Origin: a virus
Lineage: Duplodnaviria; Caudoviricetes
Strand: one strand, 5' to 3'
IMG/VR virus record: IMGVR_UViG_3300002098_001910
Span: 1 to 49,211 of that record
Length of the DNA stretch: 49,211 nucleotides
In this document: positions 29,039-38,697 of the stretch, piece by piece
How positions within the stretch are numbered: the first letter of the stretch is position 1
Layout of the letters: each line of letters begins with the position of its first letter
The notes under the pieces: generated by a model
Told to the model about the DNA's origin: nothing
What the model saw: the letters and a program-made list of their open reading frames with translations, nothing else
Databases searched by the model: none
Program-made: the position numbers and the translations under genes

Positions 29039-29638
29039 TTATATATCTAAACATTTTAATTTACCATCAGAGCCATAACCAAAATTATATTTATGAGCAT
29101 CAACAAGAGTTCTATGACCAACAATATTTTCAATTGATTTTTGACATTCTTTAAATAATTTAAACCATTTAATAAATAAATTATAGGCGTTAGAATCGTA
29201 TTCTTTTAACTTAGTAGCGATATAAGTAATTGTTTTTTGGTCATTCTCATAATTGGTGTAGATATCTGTAATATCACGTCCAAAAGCGCCATCTTCAAAA
29301 TCTGTAATTCCAGCTTCCTCTAATTTATCTTCTAATTGTTCCCATTCTTTTATCGCTTTATCTGTATTAAGTTTTTCTACTTCAACATAATACCCCTCAT
29401 TTTTTCTATCATTAGGGTCTGAAATTTTACCAACTCTAAATATTTTAGGAAAAATATCAGGATTTGAACGAAATATTTTTACCCACTGTTCTACTATTTC
29501 TTTTTCTCCAATTTTAAATAACCTATTAGGATTATTTCTATAGGGATAAATAATATGTTCCATTCCTCGGCCATATCTTTTTTTTTTGATTGTACTAAGT
29601 TCCTTTAATTCTTCTCTAATTAATTGTAAAATATCCAT
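29039..29638 (-). CDS. Protein-kinase-like fold protein (start refined to MDILQ)
   Basis: YGRG..H.IY, KI, FPKI, EKL, DAH.YN catalytic loop, CLD. Confidence 0.65.
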   Translation of the reverse strand: MDILQLIREELKELSTIKKKRYGRGMEHIIYPYRNNPNRLFKIGEKEIVEQWVKIFRSNPDIFPKIFRVGKISDPNDRKNEGYYVEVEKLNTDKAIKEWEQLEDKLEEAGITDFEDGAFGRDITDIYTNYENDQKTITYIATKLKEYDSNAYNLFIKWFKLFKECQKSIENIVGHRTLVDAHKYNFGYGSDGKLKCLDI

Positions 29639-29649
29639 ATTTATTAAAT

Positions 29650-29982
29650 ATGAAACCATTTGAAAAATTCATGAATTACTCTTTAGGGTTAAGAGAATTA
29701 TTGGACATTTATCTTGAATTAAGACAACATTTTCAAGAACTTGAATTTAGTGAAAAAGATTTGGAAAAACCTCCTATATATACCGATAAAATGATGAATC
29801 TATTTCATAGATTTGGTGATACTCAAAAAGCTTTACTACAACAAATAAAAGATTATGGTTTTGATATAGAATGGAATGAATTTACAAACTATATCAGGAC
29901 ATTACTATCTAAAATAGATAAACTAACACCTTTAAGCGATGGCAATAACCAAAGAAGAAATCAAGGGGACGAAGATTATTAA
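29650..29982 (+). CDS. Hypothetical protein
   Basis: TATTTAT immediately upstream. Confidence 0.6.
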   Translation: MKPFEKFMNYSLGLRELLDIYLELRQHFQELEFSEKDLEKPPIYTDKMMNLFHRFGDTQKALLQQIKDYGFDIEWNEFTNYIRTLLSKIDKLTPLSDGNNQRRNQGDEDY

Positions 29983-30181
29983 TGAAATAAAATCGTCTAA
30001 TATTAAAAAAACAGAATATGATACAGAAACCAAAAAATTAATTGCAGAATTTAATAATGGTTTAAAATATGAGTATGATAATATTCCTCACAAAATTTAT
30101 ACTCAATTTAGAAAAGCAGAATCGCAAGGAAAATTTTTTACATCTGAGATTTCAAAAAAATATTCATATAAAAAACTATAG
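29939..30181 (+). CDS. KTSC domain protein
   Basis: SSNI...YD.....L...F..G..Y.Y..IP......F..A.S.G.FF...I. Confidence 0.9.
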   Translation: MAITKEEIKGTKIINEIKSSNIKKTEYDTETKKLIAEFNNGLKYEYDNIPHKIYTQFRKAESQGKFFTSEISKKYSYKKL

Positions 30182-30202
30182 ATATCGAGGTATTTATACA
30201 TT

Positions 30203-31729
30203 ATGAACAAATTTCAAAAAATTCTTAATAGCTTCTCAGTTAAAAAAACATTAAATCCCAAAGTATGGGAAAATCCAGAAAATCCAGAAAAGGCAACTAT
30301 GTTGCCAAAAGTTAGAAAGGCTCTTATGCGTATTGCAGAAGAATTTGTTGATTATTTGGGTGAAGATGTTTTTGTTGAAGATATTGTTCTTACAGGTTCA
30401 TTATCAAATTTTAATTGGTCAGAATATTCTGATTTTGATTTACATGTTTATGTTAATTTAGAACATCATGGAAAAGATGCTGAATTATATAAAGAATTGT
30501 ATAATTTAAAAAAACAAATTTTTAATGATAAACATGATATTAGAATTTTTGGGTATGATGTTGAATTATATGCTCAAGATACAGAAGAACCACACTATAG
30601 TTCTGGAGTTTATTCTATCATGAATAATGAATGGATAAACAAGCCAAAGAAATTTAAAAATGAAATTGATAAATCAATATTAGAGAAAAAAATTAAAAAC
30701 TGGACAGAAAAAATAGATAAGGCATTTGAAACACATAAAATTAAAGATGATAAAAAAATATTAGATACTTTAAAAGATAAGTTAAAAGAATATAGAAAAT
30801 CAGGATTAGAAAAAGATGGTGAATTATCATATGAAAATCTCGTATTTAAATTTTTAAGAAGGTCAGGTCATATTGAAAAACTTTTTGATATGGCAAATAA
30901 AGTTATGGATAAAGAACTTTCAGTTGAAAAAACTTTAGATGAGCAATTTGAAGATATTTCTAATAAAATAGAAGAATTTTTAAAAATATTTGACGAATCT
31001 AAATTTTTAAAAAAATTAAAAAATATAACAGAAGAAGGTAGAAAATATGAATATACTCCGGGTTTAAAAATACCTTATTCTGAAGATGTTAAACAAATAC
31101 AAACCGCATTACAATTTTTAGGTTTTTCATTACCAAAATGGGGTGTTGATGGTAAATTTGGCCCTGAGACGGAAATAGCAACAAAAAAGTTTCAAGAAAG
31201 TAGTCAATTGCCTGCTACAGGAGTAATATCAACAAATGATTTAAAAACAATTGTTGCTATAATGACAATGAAAAACTTTAAAGATTCTGATTTAGGAAAA
31301 ATAAAAACTGAAAGAGAATTTGATGTTGCAGGAACTACTGATGAAAATTTTTATAAAAAAATATTAGAAATACTTGGAGCTCCAGCATCAAACGAAAATT
31401 TAAAATTTTTATACGCTTGGAGACAAGCTGAAGGAAAGGCAGGAAAATATAATCCATTTAATACTACATATATTCTACCAGGGTCGACAAATTTTAACAA
31501 AGATGGTGTAAAAAATTATTTAACAATTGAAGATGGTCTTAGTGCCACAATTAAAACATTAAAAAATAATAGATACGATTGTATTGTTAATGGACTTAAG
31601 AATGATATTGGAGCATCTGAGATAGCAAAATGCGAATGTTTATTCACATGGGGAACTGGAGATTTAGTTTCAAAAGTAGTAAATTCTTATAATTTGGGGT
31701 CTTCTCCAAAAATAGCTAGTCTTGCATAA
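30203..31729 (+). CDS. Pol-beta-type nucleotidyltransferase fused to peptidoglycan-binding and lysozyme-like domains
   Basis: TGS...Y SDFDLH and VELY; then V..IQ.AL..LG...GVDG.FGP.T..A..KFQ; then AW..AEG...NPFNTT...V.NY...DG..AT..TL. Confidence 0.8.
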   Translation: MNKFQKILNSFSVKKTLNPKVWENPENPEKATMLPKVRKALMRIAEEFVDYLGEDVFVEDIVLTGSLSNFNWSEYSDFDLHVYVNLEHHGKDAELYKELYNLKKQIFNDKHDIRIFGYDVELYAQDTEEPHYSSGVYSIMNNEWINKPKKFKNEIDKSILEKKIKNWTEKIDKAFETHKIKDDKKILDTLKDKLKEYRKSGLEKDGELSYENLVFKFLRRSGHIEKLFDMANKVMDKELSVEKTLDEQFEDISNKIEEFLKIFDESKFLKKLKNITEEGRKYEYTPGLKIPYSEDVKQIQTALQFLGFSLPKWGVDGKFGPETEIATKKFQESSQLPATGVISTNDLKTIVAIMTMKNFKDSDLGKIKTEREFDVAGTTDENFYKKILEILGAPASNENLKFLYAWRQAEGKAGKYNPFNTTYILPGSTNFNKDGVKNYLTIEDGLSATIKTLKNNRYDCIVNGLKNDIGASEIAKCECLFTWGTGDLVSKVVNSYNLGSSPKIASLA

Positions 31730-31781
31730 TCAAAATATTAGAACTATTTACCATTAATCATATATTTATAAAGAAAAATAG

Positions 31782-32903
31782 ATGGCAATTTATTATATTT
31801 CTGGTTGTACAAATTTAACAACATTAGTTGCTGATGGATTTTCAGCAGTCACACTAAATGGTGTGTATTACATAAATTTTACAGGTGCATCAGAAGATGG
31901 TTGTTATACAATAATTTCTGGTAGTACATCACCTACTGATGGAGTTGGAACAATTTCGTCAAACTACACTAATTGTATTACGTGTGAAAATGCAACAACA
32001 CCAACCCCAACCCCAACAAATACAAAAACACCTACGGTAACCCCAACTAATACACCAACAAATACAAAAACACCTACGGTAACCCCAACTAATACACCAA
32101 CAAATACAAAAACACCTACGGTAACCCCAACTAATACACCAACACCTTCAAATACTCCTGGAGTATGTAAAACATATGAATTATATGGCGGCTCAGGAGA
32201 TACTTCTTTTGTTGGAAAAAATTGTAATGGATTTGGATTTACAGTAACAGTACAAGCAGGTCAAACTTTAACTACTTGTGCAAAAGAAATTATAATAGTT
32301 TCAGGGAATGGGACATTTATCTCAATTGGGTCATGTCCATTACCAACTCCGACACCTTCAGTTACTTCAAGTGTTACACCAACTAATACACCAACACCTT
32401 CAGTTACTTCAAGTGTTACACCAACTAATACACCAACACAAACTAAAACTCCTACCAATACACCAACACAAACTAAAACTCCTACCAATACACCAACTAA
32501 AACATTAACTAATACACCAACAAATACACCAACAAAAACTTCAACAGTTACACCAACACAAACTAAAACTCCTACCAATACCCCAACTAACACATCAACT
32601 CCAACAAATACAGGTACTCCTGCAATAACTTCAACTAAAACTCCGACACCAACAAATACAAAAACACCATCAATAACTCCAACTAATACACCAACCCCTT
32701 CAATTACTCCTAACTGGACAGGACTTTCTGTAAATCAACAATATGCTTATACGAATGAAATTGAAGGTTCATATAGTGGAGGAACATGGAATTCTAGTTT
32801 AGGAAATGTACCTCATGCTATTTATAGTAATCAAAATGGTAATATTCCAATAATTCAAGATAACTCAGTAGCGTTAGGAGGATTTAACGGATTAAATAAT
32901 TAA
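31782..32903 (+). CDS. Thr/Pro-repeat, Cys-containing mucin-like putative virion decoration protein
   Basis: TPTNTPT repeats; 42-nt unit x3 at about 32013-32142; Cys-rich globular segments. Confidence 0.75.
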   Translation: MAIYYISGCTNLTTLVADGFSAVTLNGVYYINFTGASEDGCYTIISGSTSPTDGVGTISSNYTNCITCENATTPTPTPTNTKTPTVTPTNTPTNTKTPTVTPTNTPTNTKTPTVTPTNTPTPSNTPGVCKTYELYGGSGDTSFVGKNCNGFGFTVTVQAGQTLTTCAKEIIIVSGNGTFISIGSCPLPTPTPSVTSSVTPTNTPTPSVTSSVTPTNTPTQTKTPTNTPTQTKTPTNTPTKTLTNTPTNTPTKTSTVTPTQTKTPTNTPTNTSTPTNTGTPAITSTKTPTPTNTKTPSITPTNTPTPSITPNWTGLSVNQQYAYTNEIEGSYSGGTWNSSLGNVPHAIYSNQNGNIPIIQDNSVALGGFNGLNN

Positions 32904-32924
32904 AAAATATAAATAAATCAAAAT

Positions 32925-34166
32925 ATGGCAGATTTAAAACCACTTGGAAGTGAAAAACTCACAGGACAAAATAAAATAAAAAGGATTATGGAAATTGCTC
33001 GTTACAACGAGAAAACTCCAAATAATATTAATGAAACATCTCGTTCAGAATATTCAATTACTCTTGCGGATATGAACAAATATGAAATTGTAAAAGAAAG
33101 ACAAGGTTATATTATTAAAAAAACAATCTCCGAATCAGAAACTGAATATATTGAACCAATAAAAAATAGAAAATATTATTCTTCTTATTCTCAAGCATTT
33201 AAGAGACTTAATCTTGTTGCTGGAGAATTAAATAGAATAAATGAAAATGAAGAAGGTGTTTCATTATATGGAGAGCAAAAAAGATTTACTTTAAAAACTC
33301 CAAAACCAATTTCAGCTCCAGCACCTGAAGCTGAAGTCCCTTCAGCACCTCCACCAGTTCCGGCACCATCTTTGCCCCCATCACCTAATGGTGATATGGC
33401 TCCTGAAGGAGACGTATCTCCTGAAGAAGAAATGGGACCTGAAGATGATATTGCTCCTGAAGGAGATGTAGACATGACTCCAGAAGATGATATGGAACCT
33501 AAAGATGATATGTCACATGAAGAAGGTGAAGATGGTCAAGTTTCATTTAAAACAATCCAAAAACTTACAGGAAAATTAACTCAAAAAATAAGAGTTTTAG
33601 ATACTCAAGAAGGTATGACTTCTGAAGATATTAAATACGTTATTAATATGGTATTATCATCTTTAGATTTAACAAATCTTTCTGAAGAAGATAAAGAAGA
33701 TATTTTATCAAAATTTGAAGAAGATAAAACAAAAGATTTAAGTTCCGATGATATGGGTGGAAAAGATATGACTGATGATTCAGAAGTTGAAGATATTCAA
33801 TCAGATATGGATGTTCCTTCTGAAAGTGAGATGGAAGAGTCTGGACACGGTGCAATTTTTGACCACATATTTAAGGAATCAAAAGTTGATAAAGTCATTT
33901 CAAAATACTTTGAAGTATCAAAAAGTGAATTAAGAGAAAATAAAGAAAGAAAAGTAAAACAAACATTAAAAACAAAATCAGATATCAAAAAGAAAATGGA
34001 ATCTGTTATTAAATTAACTGAAACTATTGAACAAGAACTGGCTTCCAAGAAATTTTTAGAAGAAAATATTAATTTTAAATTAATTGGAAAAACTAATAAA
34101 GATAATTTGGTTTTTGAAAATAACGGTAAACAAATTAAAATATCACCTGAAGGATTCGTACTATGA
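32925..34166 (+). CDS. Conserved structural-module protein
   Basis: Long ORF with Pro/acidic linkers in the operon leading to the terminase. Confidence 0.7.
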   Translation: MADLKPLGSEKLTGQNKIKRIMEIARYNEKTPNNINETSRSEYSITLADMNKYEIVKERQGYIIKKTISESETEYIEPIKNRKYYSSYSQAFKRLNLVAGELNRINENEEGVSLYGEQKRFTLKTPKPISAPAPEAEVPSAPPPVPAPSLPPSPNGDMAPEGDVSPEEEMGPEDDIAPEGDVDMTPEDDMEPKDDMSHEEGEDGQVSFKTIQKLTGKLTQKIRVLDTQEGMTSEDIKYVINMVLSSLDLTNLSEEDKEDILSKFEEDKTKDLSSDDMGGKDMTDDSEVEDIQSDMDVPSESEMEESGHGAIFDHIFKESKVDKVISKYFEVSKSELRENKERKVKQTLKTKSDIKKKMESVIKLTETIEQELASKKFLEENINFKLIGKTNKDNLVFENNGKQIKISPEGFVL

Positions 34167-34558
34167 GTTATTTAATATTCGTCAATGGTTTAGGTCCTAA
34201 TTATAAAGGAGATAACATTTACGAGTTTATTTTCTCTAATGATTTGGATGTGTGGGGTGATTTATGGGAAAGTAAACCTTCAAATGGTTATCCTGTTCCG
34301 CCCGAATTAAAATTTATTAAAAAGGTAGGAGTTCTGAAAAATACTGATATAAAATTGGAATTGATTCAGAACTCCGATTTTTTTTGTATGATAGATTCAA
34401 TGGATGGTATTGTTGCTTTGGCATGGGAATCTGAAGAATTTGAAAAACAAAAAAGATTGGTTTTTAGATTTGGAGATTCAGAACAAAAAATAAAAGATAT
34501 TCTCTACGAAAGAGATTTAATCTTGGAATTTGAAAAAAAAGTAGTATATGAAAATTAA
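34163..34558 (+). CDS. Hypothetical protein
   Basis: ATGA-coupled to the previous gene. Confidence 0.65.
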   Translation: MSYLIFVNGLGPNYKGDNIYEFIFSNDLDVWGDLWESKPSNGYPVPPELKFIKKVGVLKNTDIKLELIQNSDFFCMIDSMDGIVALAWESEEFEKQKRLVFRFGDSEQKIKDILYERDLILEFEKKVVYEN

Positions 34559-35585
34559 CATTAAATCTTTGGAATTAATCGAAAAAGGATTATCTTCAAA
34601 AACTGTATTGAAATTAAATGAATCCCAAATTAACATTTTGCATTCAAAATTATTTAACGAACAACCACAACCTCAGGTTATTAATAAAAGTGTTAAACAA
34701 ATTGTATTACCTTCAGGTTCTCAAACAACTGTTGGAGGTGTTTCCGTATCAAATGTAGGAGGAAAAACAACCATTACTCCAACAACTGAACAAGAAATGG
34801 ATGAAGATGTTGAAGTTTCTGATGACCCTAATAAGGACAAAGAAACTCAATCTTCACATCAAGTTGGTCCATCATCTGATGATGGATTTGGAGATGATGA
34901 TGATGGTATGGGAATGATGGAAGAAAAAAAATATAAAAAAGGTGAACCGAATCCTTGGGCAATATGTCACGCTCAGGTAGGTCCTAAAAAAACAAGGAAA
35001 TTTGAAAGATGCGTTCAATCTGTAAAAAAACAATTAAAAGAAGGAAAAAATCCTGTATCTTTGTTTCTTGAAAATGAAATTATGAAAATTGTTGAAAGGA
35101 ATTTACCACCAAAAATAACAAAAGGAGATTTAATGAAATATCTCAGTGAGGGAGAAAATTTTGCAACAAAACATATTCAATCTAATTTTGGGACAAAATC
35201 AAGTCCTAAAGTTAAAAAAGAAGTTGGAGAGAATAGTCCCGCAACAGCACCGACAACAAAACCAGCACCAACAAAAACTCCTGGTACTAAAACACCACCA
35301 AAACCAAGACCAGCACATCCTGGTAAAAACCCTAACCCTGGTGAAAATCCTTCACCAAAGGCAAAATATAAAAAAGAAGTTGGAGAGAATAGTCCTCTAA
35401 CTGCTCCAACAAAACCAGCACCAACAAAAACTCCTGGTACTAAAACACCACCAAAACCAAGACCAGCACATCCTGGTAAAAACCCTAACCCTGGTGAAAA
35501 TCCTTCACCAAAGGCAAAAAAAGTTTCACCTGAAAAGGCTAAAGAAGAAGTAATAGACGTTATAATAAAATTATTAGAAAAATAA
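34548..35585 (+). CDS. Structural-module protein with internal duplication
   Basis: NPWAIC motif; KKEVGENSP...PSPKAK twice. Confidence 0.7.
   Translation: MKINIKSLELIEKGLSSKTVLKLNESQINILHSKLFNEQPQPQVINKSVKQIVLPSGSQTTVGGVSVSNVGGKTTITPTTEQEMDEDVEVSDDPNKDKETQSSHQVGPSSDDGFGDDDDGMGMMEEKKYKKGEPNPWAICHAQVGPKKTRKFERCVQSVKKQLKEGKNPVSLFLENEIMKIVERNLPPKITKGDLMKYLSEGENFATKHIQSNFGTKSSPKVKKEVGENSPATAPTTKPAPTKTPGTKTPPKPRPAHPGKNPNPGENPSPKAKYKKEVGENSPLTAPTKPAPTKTPGTKTPPKPRPAHPGKNPNPGENPSPKAKKVSPEKAKEEVIDVIIKLLEK
35214..35519 (+). repeat. ~150-bp near-identical tandem duplication
   Basis: 35214-35366 versus 35370-35519. Confidence 0.9.
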
Positions 35586-35587
35586 TC

Positions 35588-36889
35588 ATGGCAAAAAAAT
35601 TAAAAGAACAAATAGATTACGGTAATACTCCAGAAAGAATGGACCCAAATTTAGAAAGAAAGTTGGGAAGTCCTGAAAATTTATATGCAACTAATCCTGC
35701 AATGAGAAAAGGAACTGCTGACGTTCAAAGATTAGTTAGTTCAAGATTTAAAAAAGTTGCGGATAAATTGAGACAAGTTACAGGAATTGAAAACCTTAGC
35801 TCAAAACAAGTTCAAGGAATGGTTTATCAAGAAATGATGAGAAAACTTCCAAATATTATGAGGATTGAAAGTGCTCATAAAGAAGAGCTTGAACAATTGG
35901 CGATTGAATCGTCTTTAGAAGAATCAGAAGTACCTGAAGGATGGTATGAGATTGAAGCTAATTTAGGTATGCCAAATGCTTCAAACTTTAGATTTAATCC
36001 TGAGGAACCTGAAGATGAAGAAAATGACGAAGAAGAAGAAGAAGAAAATCTTCAAATCCCATCATTTGATGTTGAAGATTTAACACATGAAGAAGAATTA
36101 GAATTAGAAAAGCATAAAAGAAATATTATAAATGCAATTATTCAAGGGGCCGCTAAAAAAGGTCATTATCTTTTTCAAAAACCTGATATAAAAGCAAAAT
36201 TAGACGCTATTGACCCTTCTCTTTATAGGGATTATTTAGGCATAATGGCAATTAATGATTTCATGTATTTTAGTATGGAGCAAATGATTGAAATGATGAG
36301 TCAAACAGGTCAAGGAGTTGCTGGTAAGGTAGAATTAAGTGATACAGGTGATGATGGAGAAGAAGATGGAGATGGCGGTGGAGAAGAAACTCCTGATACA
36401 AAAATAACCGCAACAGGATTAATTTTCCCAATATTATGCCATGAAATAATTAAAGGATTAGAAGAAGCAAAAGGTAGACATGGTTTACCAAAAGAGCCAG
36501 GAATGAGACAAAAAGTTCAAGCTCAAGTTGATACTTTATCTAACGAACCGATGCAATTAAGAATAGGACCTGAAATCGTAGAAAAACTTAGATTTGCATT
36601 ACCAGATGCAATGTTTGAAGAATCGAATAAAGGTTTAATAAACTGGTTTCATATTTTATTATATCAAATACCAGCTAAAGAATTCTTAGAAATCATAGGA
36701 AATTCAATTTCTGAAGACGCTTCTAAAGTAAAAAAAGCTACTTCAAAATTTGAAGAAATTATGAAAGAAGCTAAACAAATGAAAGAAGAATTTGAAGAAT
36801 ATAAAGAAGAGAATGATATCGAAAGTGATGAAGATGAAGATGATGGATTAGATGATTTCTTAGGTAGTCTTGGTATATCAAGGCCTTAA
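35588..36889 (+). CDS. Conserved structural-module protein
   Basis: KR.IINA.IQG, FP.L.HE..KG and E...LR.GP motifs; directly upstream of the terminase. Confidence 0.7.
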   Translation: MAKKLKEQIDYGNTPERMDPNLERKLGSPENLYATNPAMRKGTADVQRLVSSRFKKVADKLRQVTGIENLSSKQVQGMVYQEMMRKLPNIMRIESAHKEELEQLAIESSLEESEVPEGWYEIEANLGMPNASNFRFNPEEPEDEENDEEEEEENLQIPSFDVEDLTHEEELELEKHKRNIINAIIQGAAKKGHYLFQKPDIKAKLDAIDPSLYRDYLGIMAINDFMYFSMEQMIEMMSQTGQGVAGKVELSDTGDDGEEDGDGGGEETPDTKITATGLIFPILCHEIIKGLEEAKGRHGLPKEPGMRQKVQAQVDTLSNEPMQLRIGPEIVEKLRFALPDAMFEESNKGLINWFHILLYQIPAKEFLEIIGNSISEDASKVKKATSKFEEIMKEAKQMKEEFEEYKEENDIESDEDEDDGLDDFLGSLGISRP

Positions 36890-38660
36890 TAAAAATTTTG
36901 TGAATAAAGAACAATTAATAATAGAAGTTACGAAGTGCATGAGGAACACACCCTACGCACTTCGTACTTATTTACAGACATACGATAATACCGTTTCAAA
37001 ATATGTTCCGTTAGACCTTTTTCCTGACCAAATTACTTTAATTAATGATTACGATACATATAACGAAAACGTAGCTTTAAAATATAGACAGGCAGGTGTT
37101 TCCACAGTTACAGCCGCATGGGCATCCAAAAAAGTGGCATTTGCCAAAAAAACAAAACCAGAAAAAATCCTAATTATTGCCAATAAGTTAGATACTGCGG
37201 TAGAAATGGCTAATAAAATTAGAGGATTTACTGAACAATGGCCAGCGTGGGTTGGTATTGGATTCTCTACTGAAAAAAATGCTGCTCGACATTTTAAACT
37301 TAATAATGATTGTGAAGTTAAAGCGGTTGCAACATCAAAAGATGCTCTTCGTGGATATACCCCAACAATATTAATATTTGATGAAGCAGCTTACATTGAG
37401 GCTGATAGTGATTTCTGGTCCGCTTGTATGGCCTCACTATCTACAGGAGGTAAAGTTATAGTTGTGTCGACACCTAATGGATATGACCCAATTTATTATG
37501 AAATTTATGACCAATCGTTAAGAGGAATGAATGATTTCAAAATCTCTGAAATGTTTTGGTATAAAGACCCAAGATATACTAAAGATTTATACATGGTTAA
37601 AACTAATGATTTAGTTCATTATCTTTTAAACAGGGAAGATTATCCAAAAGATGTTGTTGTTGATTTATCAACAAATAATCCATATGAAAGAGACCATCAA
37701 ATAGTTAGAGATTATATGCAACAAGGATATAAGCCTTGTTCTTCTTGGTTTGAGGGAATGGTTAAAAAATTAAAGTTTGATAGGAGAAGAGTTGCTCAAG
37801 AATTGGAATGTAACTTTTTAGGTTCAGGTGATAATGTATTTGATTCTGAATTGATGCAAAATATTTTAAAAACTCAAATTAGAGACCCACAAGCTAAGAT
37901 GATGGGTGGAGGATTATGGATATTTAAAGAACCTGAAAATGGGCATAAATATGTTATGGGTGTGGATGTATCTAGAGGTGATTCTGAGGATTTCAGTTGT
38001 ATTGAGATAATAGATTTCGATACAAGGGAACAAGTCCTTGAATATGTCGGAAAAGTACCTCCAGATGTAACTGCAGAGATTGCCTATAAGTGGGGAACAA
38101 TGTATAACGCATATTGTGTCGTTGATTTAACCGGAGGAATGGGAGTTTCTACTGCAAGAAAATTACAAGAAATGAATTATCAAGGAGGATTATATATTGA
38201 TAATGTTGATACAACAAATAAATGGAAATGGGACCCAAAAATTAATGAAAAAATTCCAGGTATAAATTTTAACAATAAAAGAGTTCAGATAATTGCATCC
38301 CTTGAAGAAGCAATAAGACATAAGTTTAAAATATATTCTAGTCGTTTATATAATGAAATGAACACTTTTGTTTATATAAATGGAAGACCAGACCATCAAA
38401 AAAATCATCATGATGATTGTATTATGGCAATAGCGATGGCAATATATGTCGCAGAAAAATCATTTCAATCATTAACAAAGGTTGTTAACCATACAAAAGC
38501 AATGATTAATTCATGGGCAACAGTTGTAAATGAAAATAAAAACACTTCAGATTATTTTAATCCAACGGTTTCTCAAATGGGAGGAAACAACTCACAATTC
38601 AACCAAGGCGCCACAAAAGAAGATTATCAAAAGTATGGATGGTTATTTGGTGCCAGATAA
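36870..38660 (+). CDS. terL: Terminase large subunit (T4 gp17-like); true start likely GTG at 36900
   Basis: KYRQAGVST, ILIFDEAA, STPNG, QELEC.F, GVDV.RG...D.S, HDD. Confidence 0.96.
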   Translation: MVYQGLNKNFVNKEQLIIEVTKCMRNTPYALRTYLQTYDNTVSKYVPLDLFPDQITLINDYDTYNENVALKYRQAGVSTVTAAWASKKVAFAKKTKPEKILIIANKLDTAVEMANKIRGFTEQWPAWVGIGFSTEKNAARHFKLNNDCEVKAVATSKDALRGYTPTILIFDEAAYIEADSDFWSACMASLSTGGKVIVVSTPNGYDPIYYEIYDQSLRGMNDFKISEMFWYKDPRYTKDLYMVKTNDLVHYLLNREDYPKDVVVDLSTNNPYERDHQIVRDYMQQGYKPCSSWFEGMVKKLKFDRRRVAQELECNFLGSGDNVFDSELMQNILKTQIRDPQAKMMGGGLWIFKEPENGHKYVMGVDVSRGDSEDFSCIEIIDFDTREQVLEYVGKVPPDVTAEIAYKWGTMYNAYCVVDLTGGMGVSTARKLQEMNYQGGLYIDNVDTTNKWKWDPKINEKIPGINFNNKRVQIIASLEEAIRHKFKIYSSRLYNEMNTFVYINGRPDHQKNHHDDCIMAIAMAIYVAEKSFQSLTKVVNHTKAMINSWATVVNENKNTSDYFNPTVSQMGGNNSQFNQGATKEDYQKYGWLFGAR

Positions 38661-38697
38661 CTATTTATATTATCAAGGTATTAAGTAAAATTATAAA

